Positions 12,213-23,843 of a stretch of 64,000 nt of DNA are shown here, piece by piece. This DNA is from the human T2T-CHM13v2.0 reference genome, Homo sapiens. The stretch lies in the NCBI RefSeq assembly GCF_009914755.1, contig NC_060928.1, one strand, 5' to 3'. The notes under the pieces are model-generated. The model did no database searches. It saw only the letters and a list, made by a program, of their open reading frames with translations, and was not told the DNA's origin. A program made the translations under genes and the position numbers. Every line of letters starts with the position of its first letter. The first letter of the stretch is position 1.

Positions 12213-14310
12213 AAAAAATTATTGGAAGAACATTTAACATGAGGTTTACCCTCTTGACAAATTTTTAAGTGTACAATATGTTGTTATTGACTATAGGTAC
12301 AGTGGATCTCTAGAGCTTATTTGTATTGCTTGACTAAAACTTTATTCCTATTGATTAGTGACTCCTCATTTATCTCTCCCACTAGCCTCTGGAACTACCA
12401 TTCCACTCTTTGATTCTCTTGAATCTGACTACTTTACATACGTAATGTAAGTGTAACCATGCAGTATCTGTCTTTCCGTTACTGGTTTATTTCTCTCAGC
12501 ATAATATCTTCAAGGTCTATTCATGTTGTCACATATTGTAGAATTTTCTTCTTTTGTAAGGTTGAATAATGTATATACATTACATTTTCTTTACTCATCT
12601 GTTGATGGACATTTAGGTTGTTTCCACATCTTGGCTATTGTGAATCATGATGCAATGAACATAAGAATGCTCATATCTTGGAGACACTGATTTCAATTCT
12701 TTTGGTTATATACCTAGAAATAGGATTGCTGAATCATGTAGTAGTTCTATTTTTAATTTTTTCAGGAACCTCCATGCCATTTTCCATGGTGTCTATACCA
12801 ATTGGCATTTCCACCAACAATGTGCAAGTGTTCCAGTTTCTCCACATCCTCCCCAACACTTAACAACTTTTTCTTTTTTTAATGATAGCCATATTGACAG
12901 GAGTGAGGTGATCTTTCACTGTGGTTGTGAGTTGCATTTCCCTGATGATTAGTGATGTTGAACATTTTAAAATATACCTATTGGCAATTGGTATAGTTTG
13001 ACTCTGTGTCCCCACCCAAATCGAATCTCGAATTGTAATCCCCAGGTGTCAAGGGAGAGATCTCATGGGAGGTGATTGGATCATGGGGGTGATTTCCCCC
13101 ATTGCTGTGCTCATAATATGAGTGAGATCTCATGAGATCTGATAGTTCAAAAGTGGCACTTCCCCTTCAGTCTCTCTCTCGCTGCCATGTAAGATGTGCC
13201 TTGCTTCCCCTTTGCCTTCTGCCATGATTGTAAGTTTCCTGAGGTTTCCCAGGCCATACAGAACTGTGAGTCAATTAAACCTCCTTTATTAATTACTCAG
13301 TCTCAGGCTGTTCTTTATAGCAGTGTGAAAATGGACTAATACAACAATTTTTTAGTCTTTTTTGGAGAAATGTCTAGTAAAGTTTTTAGCCCATTTTTAA
13401 ATCCAGTTATTAGGGGTTTTTTTTCTTTTTCTTATTTTGCTATTGAGTTGTGGCAGTTCCTTATACATTTCAGAGATTAACCCCTTATCAGATATATGGT
13501 TTGCAAATATTTTCTCCCATTTCATAGGTTGCCTTTTCACTCCCGTGATTGTTTCCTTCATTGTGCAGAGCTTTTTAGTTTAATGCAGTCCTATTTGTTT
13601 ATTTTTGTTGCTTGTACTTTTTGTGTCGTACCTATGATATTATTGCCAAGATAATGTCACAAAGGTTTTCCCTTATGTTTTCTTCTAGAAGTTTACAGTT
13701 TTAGGTCTTACATTGATTTTTGTGTATGGTGTAAGAAAAATAGGCACAATTTCATTGTTTTGAATATGGTTATCCAGTTTTCCCAACACCTTTATTGAAG
13801 GTGTTGTGTATTCTTGGTGCCCTTATTGAAGATTAGTTGACCATGTATGGGTATAATTACTTCTGGGCTCTCAGTTCTGCTCCATTTGTTTATACGTCTT
13901 TGTAACAGTACCATCCTATTTTGATGCTTTGTAATATATTTTGAAGTCAGAAAGAATGATACCTCTAGATTTCTTTCTCAAGATTGATTGTTTATTTGTG
14001 GTCTTTTGTAGTTTCATATGAATTATAGAATTTTTTTCTTTTTCTGTGAAAAATGTCATTGGGATTTTGATAGAGATACATTGAATCCGTAGGTCACTTT
14101 GCTAGTATAGACATGTTAACAATAAATATTATATCTTCCAATCCATGAACACAGGATGTGTTTCTACTTTATGTGTGTGTCTTGTTTCTTTCATCAATGA
14201 TCTATAGTTTTTCAGTATGTTAGTCTTTCACCTCCTTAACTAAGCTTTATTCTTTGTGATGTTATTGTAAACAGAATTGTTTTCTTAATGTACTTTCTGG
14301 ATAGTTTATT
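12213..14310 (-). mobile_element. L1MA9/L1MA10-like LINE 3' portion, interrupted by THE1 LTR
   Basis: Diagnostic 3' end 'agaacatttaacatgaggtttaccctcttgacaaatttttaagtgtacaata...gatctctagagcttatt', then antisense ORF2. Confidence 0.87.
12989..13343 (+). mobile_element. MaLR solo LTR, THE1C/THE1D
   Basis: 'tggtatagtttgactctgtgtccccacccaaatc...ttctttatagcagtgtgaaaatggactaataca'; 5-bp TSD gcaat/acaat. Confidence 0.92.
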
Positions 14311-14361
14311 ATTGCATTGTTTTTTGACAGATTAATGTTCCAGTGTGTAGATGTACTATAC

Positions 14362-14753
<392 letters not shown>

Positions 14754-14839
14754 TAGTAAATAAACTTGTGCATATGTAGTTTCATACTTATGAATAGAGT
14801 AACATTCATAAATATTCTCAAGGCTCTTGTCTCTGAGTC

Positions 14840-14940
14840 ATATGGTGCCTCCTTCCATTCCTTCAGGTCTTTTCTCAAACATCATCCTCTTAGTGAGGTC
14901 TTTTCACACCACCCTACTTAAAATAATGACTCCTCCCTAG
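14840..14940 (+). mobile_element. L2 fragment
   Basis: 'ccttcaggtcttttctcaaacatcatcctcttagtgaggtcttttcacaccaccctacttaaaat'. Confidence 0.65.
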
Positions 14941-15291
14941 CAGGTTTTGGTTCCCACTGGAATTAACATCCATGAGAACTACAGATAATACAACAAACAA
15001 TAGCTTCATAAATACGTATTAATTAGACGAAGTGGAAGAATAGGGAACACAGGAAGAGAGACACAAGGCCAGGAGGAAGGGAGGTTGGGAGGAAGGGAGA
15101 GAGTGAAGAAAAGATAAGAAACAAAACAAGAAAAAAAGAGTGATAGAAGGAGGGTTATAGAGCTCTGCCTCAAATAGCAACAAAAATGTAAATATAAAAG
15201 ACACTAAAAATAGATGAAAGGCATTTGTAATTACATTTTTTAAAAGTACCATTTCTTTGCCCTCACCCTGTTCTTCAAAAATGGGCAACTT

Positions 15292-15536
15292 CTAGTAACG
15301 ATTAAGAGCACAGACTGTGGAGTCAGATTGTATGGGCCTGAATCCTGCCATCTTCATGCTCTGAATGCAACTTCTGGCAGGCTGCTTAATTACCCTGTGT
15401 CTCAGTTTCCTCATTTGTAAGACAGAAATAATAGCTTATTTTACCTCATGGGGTTACTTATAAATTAATATATGCAAAGTGCTTAGCACAGTGCCTAAAT
15501 CGTAGCAAGTTCTCTTCAATAAATTCTAATTGTTAT
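15292..15536 (+). mobile_element. MIR SINE, near full length
   Basis: 'ttaagagcacagactgtggagtcagattg...tctcagtttcctcatttgtaa...aaagtgcttagcacagtgcct'. Confidence 0.88.
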
Positions 15537-15734
15537 CCTTTTTGAGAGAGTATATGAAAAGGCTAGAATTTATGTAGAAAAACACCCTGTCATTTTAAGG
15601 GTGGACACACACACATGCACACACATACACACACAACAAATATTTCATAATTTAATGAAATACAATTGCAGACTCTGGATTGGCGGTAGAAAAGCATTAT
15701 CAATACTTTTGTTGCTTATGTTTTTTAACTTTAG

Positions 15735-16176
15735 AAGCTAAAAATCTCTACTACTCAATTCTCTGGCCTCCACTGCTTATGATGTCATGTAACACTATTA
15801 TGGTCAATGAGAGAAGAGAATGTGAGTAGGTTAGAGTCCCTGGGACATCAGGAATAGGTTTTTTTTTTTTTGTTTGGGTTTTTGTTTTTTCTTTTTGCTT
15901 CTTCCTACATCCTTCTGCTTAGAACATGGACCTTAAATTATAATGGTACGTGAGCTATCTTAAGGCGAGAAGCTTAAAAACAAAGCCTTAAAAGTTAAAG
16001 GTGAAAGAGTGGAAAATAGGGACAATGTGAGTGCCTTATGGCACCATGGAGTTATGACACTAATTCTAGATTGTCTACATGCAGACTTCACGTGGCATGA
16101 GATACATTCATATATTTTAAGAGCTGCCTTTCTGGGTTCCACTATTTCCAGCCACATACATTCCTAACCAATATAA
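15735..16176 (+). mobile_element. Ancient ERVL/MaLR LTR (LTR16/LTR33/MLT1K-like)
   Basis: 'gcaccatggag...ctagattgtctacatgcagacttc' and terminal 'cagccacatacattcctaaccaatata' resembling '...cctaactgataca'. Confidence 0.5.
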
Positions 16177-16739
16177 ATAGAAATCAAAATAAAAATCTTA
16201 ACATAATGTTTTTGTTTTAAATTCAATTTTTGATAACTTGTAGTTGAGAATATGAGAGAATATTCAGAAAAACGAATGACAGGTTAATACCACCAGCCCT
16301 TCTGTATATTAAAATACATTATGAGGCAAAAATAACTAAATTAATATATCATTGAGTGACAACTAAATGATAGATTAATGGCATAATATTAAAGTCAATA
16401 AATATTAAAAAGTTTAACATGATAAATTAGGCATGGCCAAATGATGGTGAAGGAAAGAAGCACTCAATAATTTTTAACATTATTAATGGAAAAGAAATTA
16501 GGTTTATCCACAAATCTCATGTAAAGCTGTATAGACTAATTCTTATGACAGACTATGTCTACAGAAGGAAACCAGAGTGCCCTGTCATATGCTATTGCTG
16601 TATACTTTGCTGTAGTACTTTTCACATCTATTAAAAGGGGTGACTTGCTTGTTTTTTATCAGCAATTCCTAAAAGAGTGTCTGTGTGCTCAATACATTCA
16701 CAATAAATAATTTAACGCATATCTCTTTAGATCTTTCTA

Positions 16740-16935
16740 GCTGTGCTAAATTTAGATGAATAAGATAGGCCCACCCTCAAAAACCTTACAACCAGGAGAA
16801 GGGATACGATGATGTAAGTCCCCCCAAAAAGATAATACAAGTAGAATGTTACAGATGTCTAAGGCAGATGCAAAGCAAATATTCTATGAATTCACAGTAT
16901 TCAAATTAATTCAAGAAGACATAGGGAAACATTTA
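16740..16935 (-). mobile_element. L2 fragment
   Basis: 'ctgtgctaaatttagatgaataagataggcccaccctcaaaaaccttacaacc'. Confidence 0.5.
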
Positions 16936-17009
16936 TGGTTTTGCCAAATAAGAAAATAAATATAACTTTTAAATTCATATATATTATTTAGAATGGTCTT
17001 TATATTTTA

Positions 17010-17150
17010 GTGGCTGACAGACTTTGAGAATCCAGTCCCTACCAGTAAACACTTCTAAAGAGAGAGAGAGGCAATCATTTTTTCACACAATTTCAGGAGA
17101 TTCAGAATTTCCCTGATATTTGACCATAAACATTTAGTTAAGGACCATAT
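17010..17150. mobile_element. Decayed hAT-type MITE fragment
   Basis: 'ctttgagaatc...cacacaatttcaggagattcagaatttccctga...gttaaggacc' resembles old Charlie-derived MITEs. Confidence 0.35.
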
Positions 17151-18439
17151 ATGTTTGATCCAGATATTTGTAGTCCAGTTTTTTAATCAATATTTATGTG
17201 ATAAATAAGTTGATTGTGTCACTATATAGACTAGCAAACATCTCATGGAAATATATTTACCTTTGCTGTGAAGATGACCAGAACAATGCTGCAGATTCAA
17301 AGTACAATGAAAGTATGATTTAAAATGCAGGTATCAAACATTACATTTCAATGGTTAGGTAGATATTTTGCTTACAAAATGAGTTAAGAAAGTATAATAA
17401 TTTTAGAGTAATGAATCTGTTTCTGAATGATTATTTTTCAGCACTGCTAATGAAAATGACAACTTTCCCAACAAATACTCCATGAAAACTTAGCACAATT
17501 TGAAGATTCCTTTTATAAAGGTTGATTAGATTCTAGGATATTGAGAGCATTTTGTCCATGCAACTTTAAACATTAATTATATTTTTAACACAAAACTATA
17601 ATGTTCAATTGGATGATGTGGAAATAGAACTTTTTATAGGGAAATGTTGATACACGGATATAAGTTGTAATTTTTCATGACAACTCTATGGATAATTTGG
17701 TCTGAATTATAATATTTTTCTTGCAGTTGTTATTGCCATTGACAGAGGTGAAAAAAGAATAGAAATAATACATTCTTGAAATTCAGAACTTGGTGAATTC
17801 CATTAAGGCACAAAACAATATTAAGGTTCTTGGGTTCCTCTTTTCCACTGGCTCTCATTTTTCTATATGCTCAATAACAGGACAACACTAGATCCTATTG
17901 TGGGGATCTAGAAAAATAGATATTCCTTTTGATCTTCTACCCATACCTTTGTAGAAATTCAATAAAGAAGAATCAGTGATGGGGGCCTAAGGTCACAAAA
18001 TATATAAGGGAGTTTATGTTCATGTGAGTTTAGAAAAAAATAAGTGTACCTCAGAAATTAATATTCACAGGTTATAAACCATTTTGGTGGATATCTGTTG
18101 GTTCTGAAACTGTGTTTTCAAACATATATCTAATACTAACTCTAGGCCATGATCAATTATTTCTTCCCATGAAGGTGAAGGGGTTTGGCTTACAAAGGAA
18201 TGAGACAGAATAAGAGAGGAGAGAATACTGACTTAATGACACTTATGTACATTCAATAAACAATGTTCCTTTTTTTGTGACATAATCATGTTGGGGATCA
18301 ATATATTATAAACCAAAATTAGAAATTGTGTAACAATGCTTTACTAAACAAATGGAACGCTGTAGTTACTAGAAACTTAACTAGGAAGTCTGTAGTTGGA
18401 GTATCCTATGTCGTATAACTATTTAAAATAAATTATGCC

Positions 18440-18620
18440 TTTATTTTTATGGTGCTTCACAAATTGCAAAGCAGTTTCACAAAAAAGGTTTTATCTAAAC
18501 CTCACAACTTTGGAGTAGTTCATTTCATTTCATAAATGAGGTTTTTCAATGCCTAGTAAATGACCAAACCAGGATGTTAATCAAGTTCTCTCAACTCTAT
18601 CACATGTTATTTCCAATTCA
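18440..18620 (-). mobile_element. MIR fragment
   Basis: 'tttatggtgcttcacaaattgcaaagcagtttcac...cctcacaac...cattttcataaatgagg'-like. Confidence 0.5.
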
Positions 18621-19659
18621 GCATGGTACTTGCATTTTACAATACAGAAGATGTACTGGCTTTATATTTTTCACTTATAAAATAATTTATCGTAATCCTC
18701 AGATGTCATTCGTATTTAAAAGTGCATCACAAACATATCCAGCATAAGCATTTTTAAGTGAATGAAATATTTTGATTATCTTCAGTGTTTTATTTCTTAA
18801 GACTGAATTTAGCTGGTGTTCAATTCTCCTTAAGAGAGATATTTATAGATTGAAACTACCTTTCCAGATTGCTGATTTCTTTCCAAACAAAATTTCTTTT
18901 TACTTTTTTTCCTCTGGCACAAGTTCCTGCATGTAACAGCAGGAATACAAATTATGTCCAAAGCACTTACGTAGTTGGCAGAAGTATTTTCTCTTCTGCA
19001 ATAAATTTATCAAACATTTTTCAAAACAGTAAATCCTTGAAAACAAGGGCTGAATTCCAAATAGGATCATCATAGTTATGCCATTTACAATGTTTTAGTT
19101 TAAAGGATCTTCAATTATCCATCGTAAAGATGCTGAGTTTGAGAGCAATAGCAATTTGCTATGGGCCTGAACTGGCAGACTAATTTTCAGCCTCAGCTAC
19201 TCTATTTTTTTTTTCTTGAAACTTTAGGCCAATTTTTCACTATGGGAAATGCATTGCTAATTAGTGATCAGTTCCTGTATGAGTCTTTCACTCATCCTAT
19301 GAATATGCCTGCCATTGCTGATAGTAGCATCATCATCAAATCCAGAGCATAATGGGACAGATGGAGGAAAAAGGAACAGCTTCGAGGATTCAGAAGGCAA
19401 AACTGAGTGCGTAAGACATCATTTATAATGTCCCTATGTGTGCAAATTCAATTAGAGGTAAAATATTGATTAGGTAGTTGATGTCACAGATAATACATTA
19501 TGGAAAAGCAATTAAACATTTTCAATTTTTCATTTTTTAAATATTCACAACCATATAGCAGAATTAAAGAGTGAATTAGTTAGGAAGTAAATGGTGCTGA
19601 TGAAGGAGAGAAATGAGTCAAGCACAGACAAACAACCAAATAAATATTTCTTTAATTAT

Positions 19660-19800
19660 CAAGTATTAGCAAGCATTTATTAAGTGCTTAATATTTGCTA
19701 GGCACCCTGTCAAGCAAAATGGATAAAAAGATGGATACACAGAGTAAGACAGAATTTCTTCCCTTAAAGAACTCTCACCTCTTGGGAGCACTAAAGAGAC
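19660..19800 (-). mobile_element. L2 3' end
   Basis: 'gcaagcatttattaagtgcttaatatttgctaggcaccctg...cttcccttaaagaactctcac'. Confidence 0.6.
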
Positions 19801-21039
19801 ACATGTTCTTCGATACACCTTGCAACATTGTTCAGATTCACTCAGGTATGTATCCAGATTTATGGAGACAGAACTGAGTAGATAGAGGCAACCCCAGCTG
19901 CCACGCCTTTATCAGACAAATCAACATAGAAAATCAATCAGTATAGTGGTGCAAATGGCCACTATCAAAGCATGGATTTAGTTAAGACCTCCCTAGACTC
20001 TAAATGTTTGACCTTTGACTTCTATTTCTAAACTCTGCTAGAAAATATTAACCAGATGGAAACTCACAGAAAAGTTTCTGGGCTCTTGACTCTCAAACAA
20101 GAGTACCCTGAGAGTTCAAACGTTATGTCTGAATAATCTTTACTAAAAACTTTGCAATACACAAGAGGTGGAGATATTATGAAAAGTTTCAATACATGAA
20201 TACAGAGCTAGAAGACAATATCAGAAATGCTCTATAGGAAAGGTGGTGTTTATTTCTTGGAGTGTAAAATACAGAAGTCTAGCAGCTGGTGAAAGCTAAA
20301 GGAACAAAATTAAATCAGATATGGAACAAAAAGTACAGTTAGTGACCATAGATAGGACAGCGTTTGGAGTCTATAAATGAAAGAAAAGAATGTAGTCTCC
20401 AAGGGTGTACAAAAAGAATTGTACAGAAAATATGTATACAAATATAAGGCTTTTTATAGCAAATGTTTATGGAAAAATATGAATTAACCGGTTAATAACA
20501 AAGTGTCCTCTAGAGAAAGCAGAGAAATATATTTCGTAGAGAAATATATTTAACAGACACAGACACCAATCTGTATTCTATATAGCAAGCATAATTTTAA
20601 AGATCTAACAAACTGAAAGTATTTGCTAAAATTTCCCATTATGGAGAAGCAACAATTCAGGAAATGTATAAAACTGTTCCACCTTGAAACAGAAAATTAT
20701 GTTTTGGAATAAAATGAGAGCTCATTCATTTAGGAGTCTCCTGTCTGGTAAATTTTCATGTCCAGAAGAGAAGAAAAATTAGGCCAAAAAAGAAAGGAAA
20801 AAAAAGAAGAAAGCTTCTAAGCAGCTGAATCAAATTGCATAAAGTCATAATATACACAACAAACAGTTCCTAGTAGAGTGCTTGAAGGGTTTGTTGATCA
20901 CTGAATTAAGTCAAACAGGAACTTCCTAGGTCCTCATTCTACAGCCGCTTAGCCTTCATTTTAAACACTTTTCTTGGTTTGTTATTTGTTTTCTTAGCTC
21001 CCAAGACATTAGAGATGGAGATAAGTAAACACGCAAGAA

Positions 21040-21224
21040 GAACATCACACACTGGGGCCTGTCAGGGGATGGGGGGCTGGGGGAGGGATAGCATTAGGAG
21101 AAATACCTAATGTAAATTATAAGTTGATGGAGGCAGCAAACTAACATGGCACATGCATACCTATGTATCAAACCTGCACATTGTGCACATGTACCCTAGA
21201 ACTTAAAGTATAATAAAAAAAAAA
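21040..21224 (+). mobile_element. L1PA6/L1PA7-like 3' UTR end with poly(A)
   Basis: 'aacatcacacactggggcctgtcagggg...gcattaggagaaatacctaatgta...gtaccctagaacttaaagtataataaaaa'. Confidence 0.92.
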
Positions 21225-21441
21225 GAATAAGTAATAGCTGACCCTCAAAGACTAAAGAAAGGGATAGAAAATAAAATTTGAAAAGCCTCAAGAAAATTCA
21301 AAATCAGTCACTTAATGTTGAAATATGCTTCTGAAATAGCTCTGAATAGCTTCTGAAATGATGTGCAGGACAGGAATATTAAAGTCACAAACTTGTTTTA
21401 TTCATCTATTATTTCAATAAATATTTATTGATCATCCATGT

Positions 21442-21799
21442 CAGTATTTTTCAACCCTTTTTAAATTTTCACCTCCTAAGGAGCATATATATATATATAT
21501 ATATATGCTCCAGATATATCTCTCTCCATATATATATATATCTTCATATATATATATATATATTTATCTCCATATATGTAAATATATATATATCCCTTTC
21601 TCCTTAAACCCCTTCCTTCCTCTATCCTCTATTTTGATATTATCATGAAATTATAATACCACAGATATGCTGTTCTTATTTTTATGAACTTTGGCCCTTT
21701 GGAAGTTCACAAATCATTGTAATAGCCAAGATTTTTTCACTCTCTTAAGAACCAAGTTTGCTTCCTTGAAGAAAATATCATTCCCATTGAACATACGTG
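21442..21799 (+). mobile_element. hAT-Charlie MITE, MER112-like, with internal (TA)n expansion
   Basis: 'cagtatttttcaaccct...cctaaggagc' ... 'catgaaattataataccacagatat...ggccctttgga...cattgtaatagccaagatttttt...aagaaccaa'. Confidence 0.75.
21480..21592. repeat. (TA)n tract starting with a perfect 32-bp palindrome
   Basis: ggagc(at)11gctcc at 21480-21511 followed by ctcc/cttc-punctuated TA runs. Confidence 0.95.
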
Positions 21800-22460
21800 T
21801 TCTACCCTTAGCCAGGAACTGTCAGGCACAATGTATTTAATAGTGAGCAAATCAAAGTCTCTGACCCTGTGGGATTCATTTCTAGGAAGGGAGACAATTA
21901 TAATAATATAGACATATAAACATGATATGGTGACAAATGCTAGGGTATAGTAGTGAGCCCATAATATTGAATATTACCACCAGTCAGGGAGGTAAGAAAA
22001 GGCTGTGTTGAGAAACTGACACTTGAAGAGAGATCTGAAGAATGAATAGAATAAACCAGTAAGGAAGAAGGAAGAGCATTCAACATAGAGCGGACATCAC
22101 ATATGAAGGTCCTGTGGCAAGAGGGAGCATGGGAAAAGCAAGAGACTTAGGAAGACCTGTATAGATAGAACACTGAGAATATCAGAGTGCTCTGTAAGGA
22201 GGCAAGGGGTTACAGGTCCTAGTAAGGACTTTAGTCTCTATTCTCAGAGCAAAGTGAAAAAATACATGTCTTTAAGCCAAAGCAGAATATATGACATGAC
22301 CAGTGTCATGATCATCACACAGCACACAAACTGAATTATTTATTGATGAATTCCTTGAATTATAGCAGCTGTAATATTTTCAATGTTTTCTACTAAGATG
22401 CCTACTTTTCAAAAATCTGAGGTAGATGTTAGTTATCTAGATAATTAAATTCTAACAGTC

Positions 22461-22901
22461 TGTATTAGTCTGTTTTCACGCTGCTGATAAAGACATACCC
22501 AAGACTGGGTAATTTATGAAGAAAAACAGGTTTAATGGACTCACAGTCCCACATGGCTGGGGAGGCCTCATGATCATGGTGGAAGGCGAAAGGCACGTTT
22601 TACATGGTGGCAGGCAAGATAGAATGAGAGCCAAGTGAAGGCTGGGGAGGCCTCATGATCATGGTGGAAGGCGAAAGGCACGTTTTACATGGTGGCAGGC
22701 AAGATAGAATGAGAGCCAAGTGAAAGAGGTTTCCCCTTTTAAAGCCATCAGACTTCGTGAGACTTACTCACTACGATGAGAACAGTATGGGGGAAACCAC
22801 CACCATGATTCAATTATCCCCCCCCAGGTCCCTCCCACAGCTCTTGGGAATTATGGAGGCTACAATTCAAGGTGGGATTTGGGTCCAGCTAAACCATATC
22901 A
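22461..22901 (-). mobile_element. MaLR solo LTR, THE1B-like, with internal 85-bp tandem duplication
   Basis: 'tgtattagtctgttttcacgctgctgataaagacataccc...aaaccatatca'; perfect 5-bp TSD cagtc (22456-22460 and 22902-22906). Confidence 0.95.
22555..22724. repeat. Perfect tandem duplication, 2 x 85 bp
   Basis: 22555-22639 is identical to 22640-22724. Confidence 0.97.
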
Positions 22902-22979
22902 CAGTCTAACAGTTAATTTTCAATTTAATTATTCTACACTGCATTCATAAATTGTAACATCATTTTGAAATTAATTTTT

Positions 22980-23787
22980 AAACAAATTTTTATGGATTTA
23001 AGGGTACAAGTGCAGTTGTGTTACATGATTATATTGAGTAGTGGTGAAAGCTGGGCTTTTAGTGTACATTGTCCACCCAAGTAGTATACAATGTATTCAA
23101 CAGGTGATATTTCATCCCTCCCCCTGGTGCCCCACCATTTGGAGTCTCCAGTGCCTATTATTCCACTCAATGTCCATGTACCCATTGATTAGCTCCCACT
23201 TAAAAGTGGAAACGGATTTTTTTTTAATTTTCTGTTATTGAGTCATTTCACTAAGGACAGTGGCCTCCAGTTTCATCCATGCTGCTGCAAAAGACATGAT
23301 GATTTCATTCTTTGTTATGCCTGAGTTGTATTACATAGTGTATATGTACCACATTTTTAATGCAATAATCTTTGGATGATGAACAGTGATGAACAGTCAG
23401 TTTGGAACAGTTGATGGACACTTAGGTTGATTTCATGGCTTTGCTATGGTGACTAGTGCTACAATAAACATATAAACACAGGATTTTTTATATAATTTAT
23501 TTTCCTTTGGGTAGATCCCCAGTAGTGGGATTGCTGGATCAAAGGGTATTTCTATTTTTAGTTCTTTGAGATATCTCCATACAGTTTTGTTGTACTAATT
23601 TACATTCCCACCTACAGTGTATAAGCATTCCGTTTTCTCTATAGCCTCACCAACATCTGCTGTTTTTTGACTTTTTAATAACAGCCATTCTGACTGGTGG
23701 AAGATGGTGGTTCTTATTTGCATTTCTCTGATGATTAGTGATGTTTATCTTTTTTATATGTTTCTTGGTCATTTGTATTTCTCCTTT
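22980..23787 (-). mobile_element. L1PB4-like 3' portion
   Basis: 'gggtacaagtgcagttgtgttacatgattatattgagtagtggtgaa..ctgggcttttagtgtac', 'cccagtagtgggattgctggatcaa'. Confidence 0.88.
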
Positions 23788-23843
23788 CATTTTGTACCCC
23801 ATAAATTTATACAATTACAAATTGTCAATTTACAAAAAAATAA
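23788..23843 (+). mobile_element. Extreme 3' end of an L1MA (L1MA4-6-like) abutting the L1PB
   Basis: 'ttgtaccccataaatttatacaattacaaattgtcaatttacaaaaaaa'. Confidence 0.6.

Larger units (their letters stand above)
21395..22300 (-). mobile_element. L2 3' portion interrupted by MER112
   Basis: 'ttcaataaatatttattga' ... 'gccaggaactgtcagg...tctctgaccctgtgggattcatttctagg...gagagatctgaagaatga'. Confidence 0.75.

Noticed and set aside
17888-17911. 8-bp inverted repeat ctagatcc/ggatctag and similar short duplications (about 21329-21360, 47482-47514)
   Set aside because: Too short to distinguish from chance or trivial slippage
19228-19410. Exon-like segment (T-tract..TTTAG acceptor, GC/GTAAGA donor)
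   Set aside because: All three frames contain stops and there is no partner exon; a lncRNA exon cannot be supported from sequence alone
20180-20430. Possible CR1/L3 3' remnant
   Set aside because: Similarity too weak to call by eye
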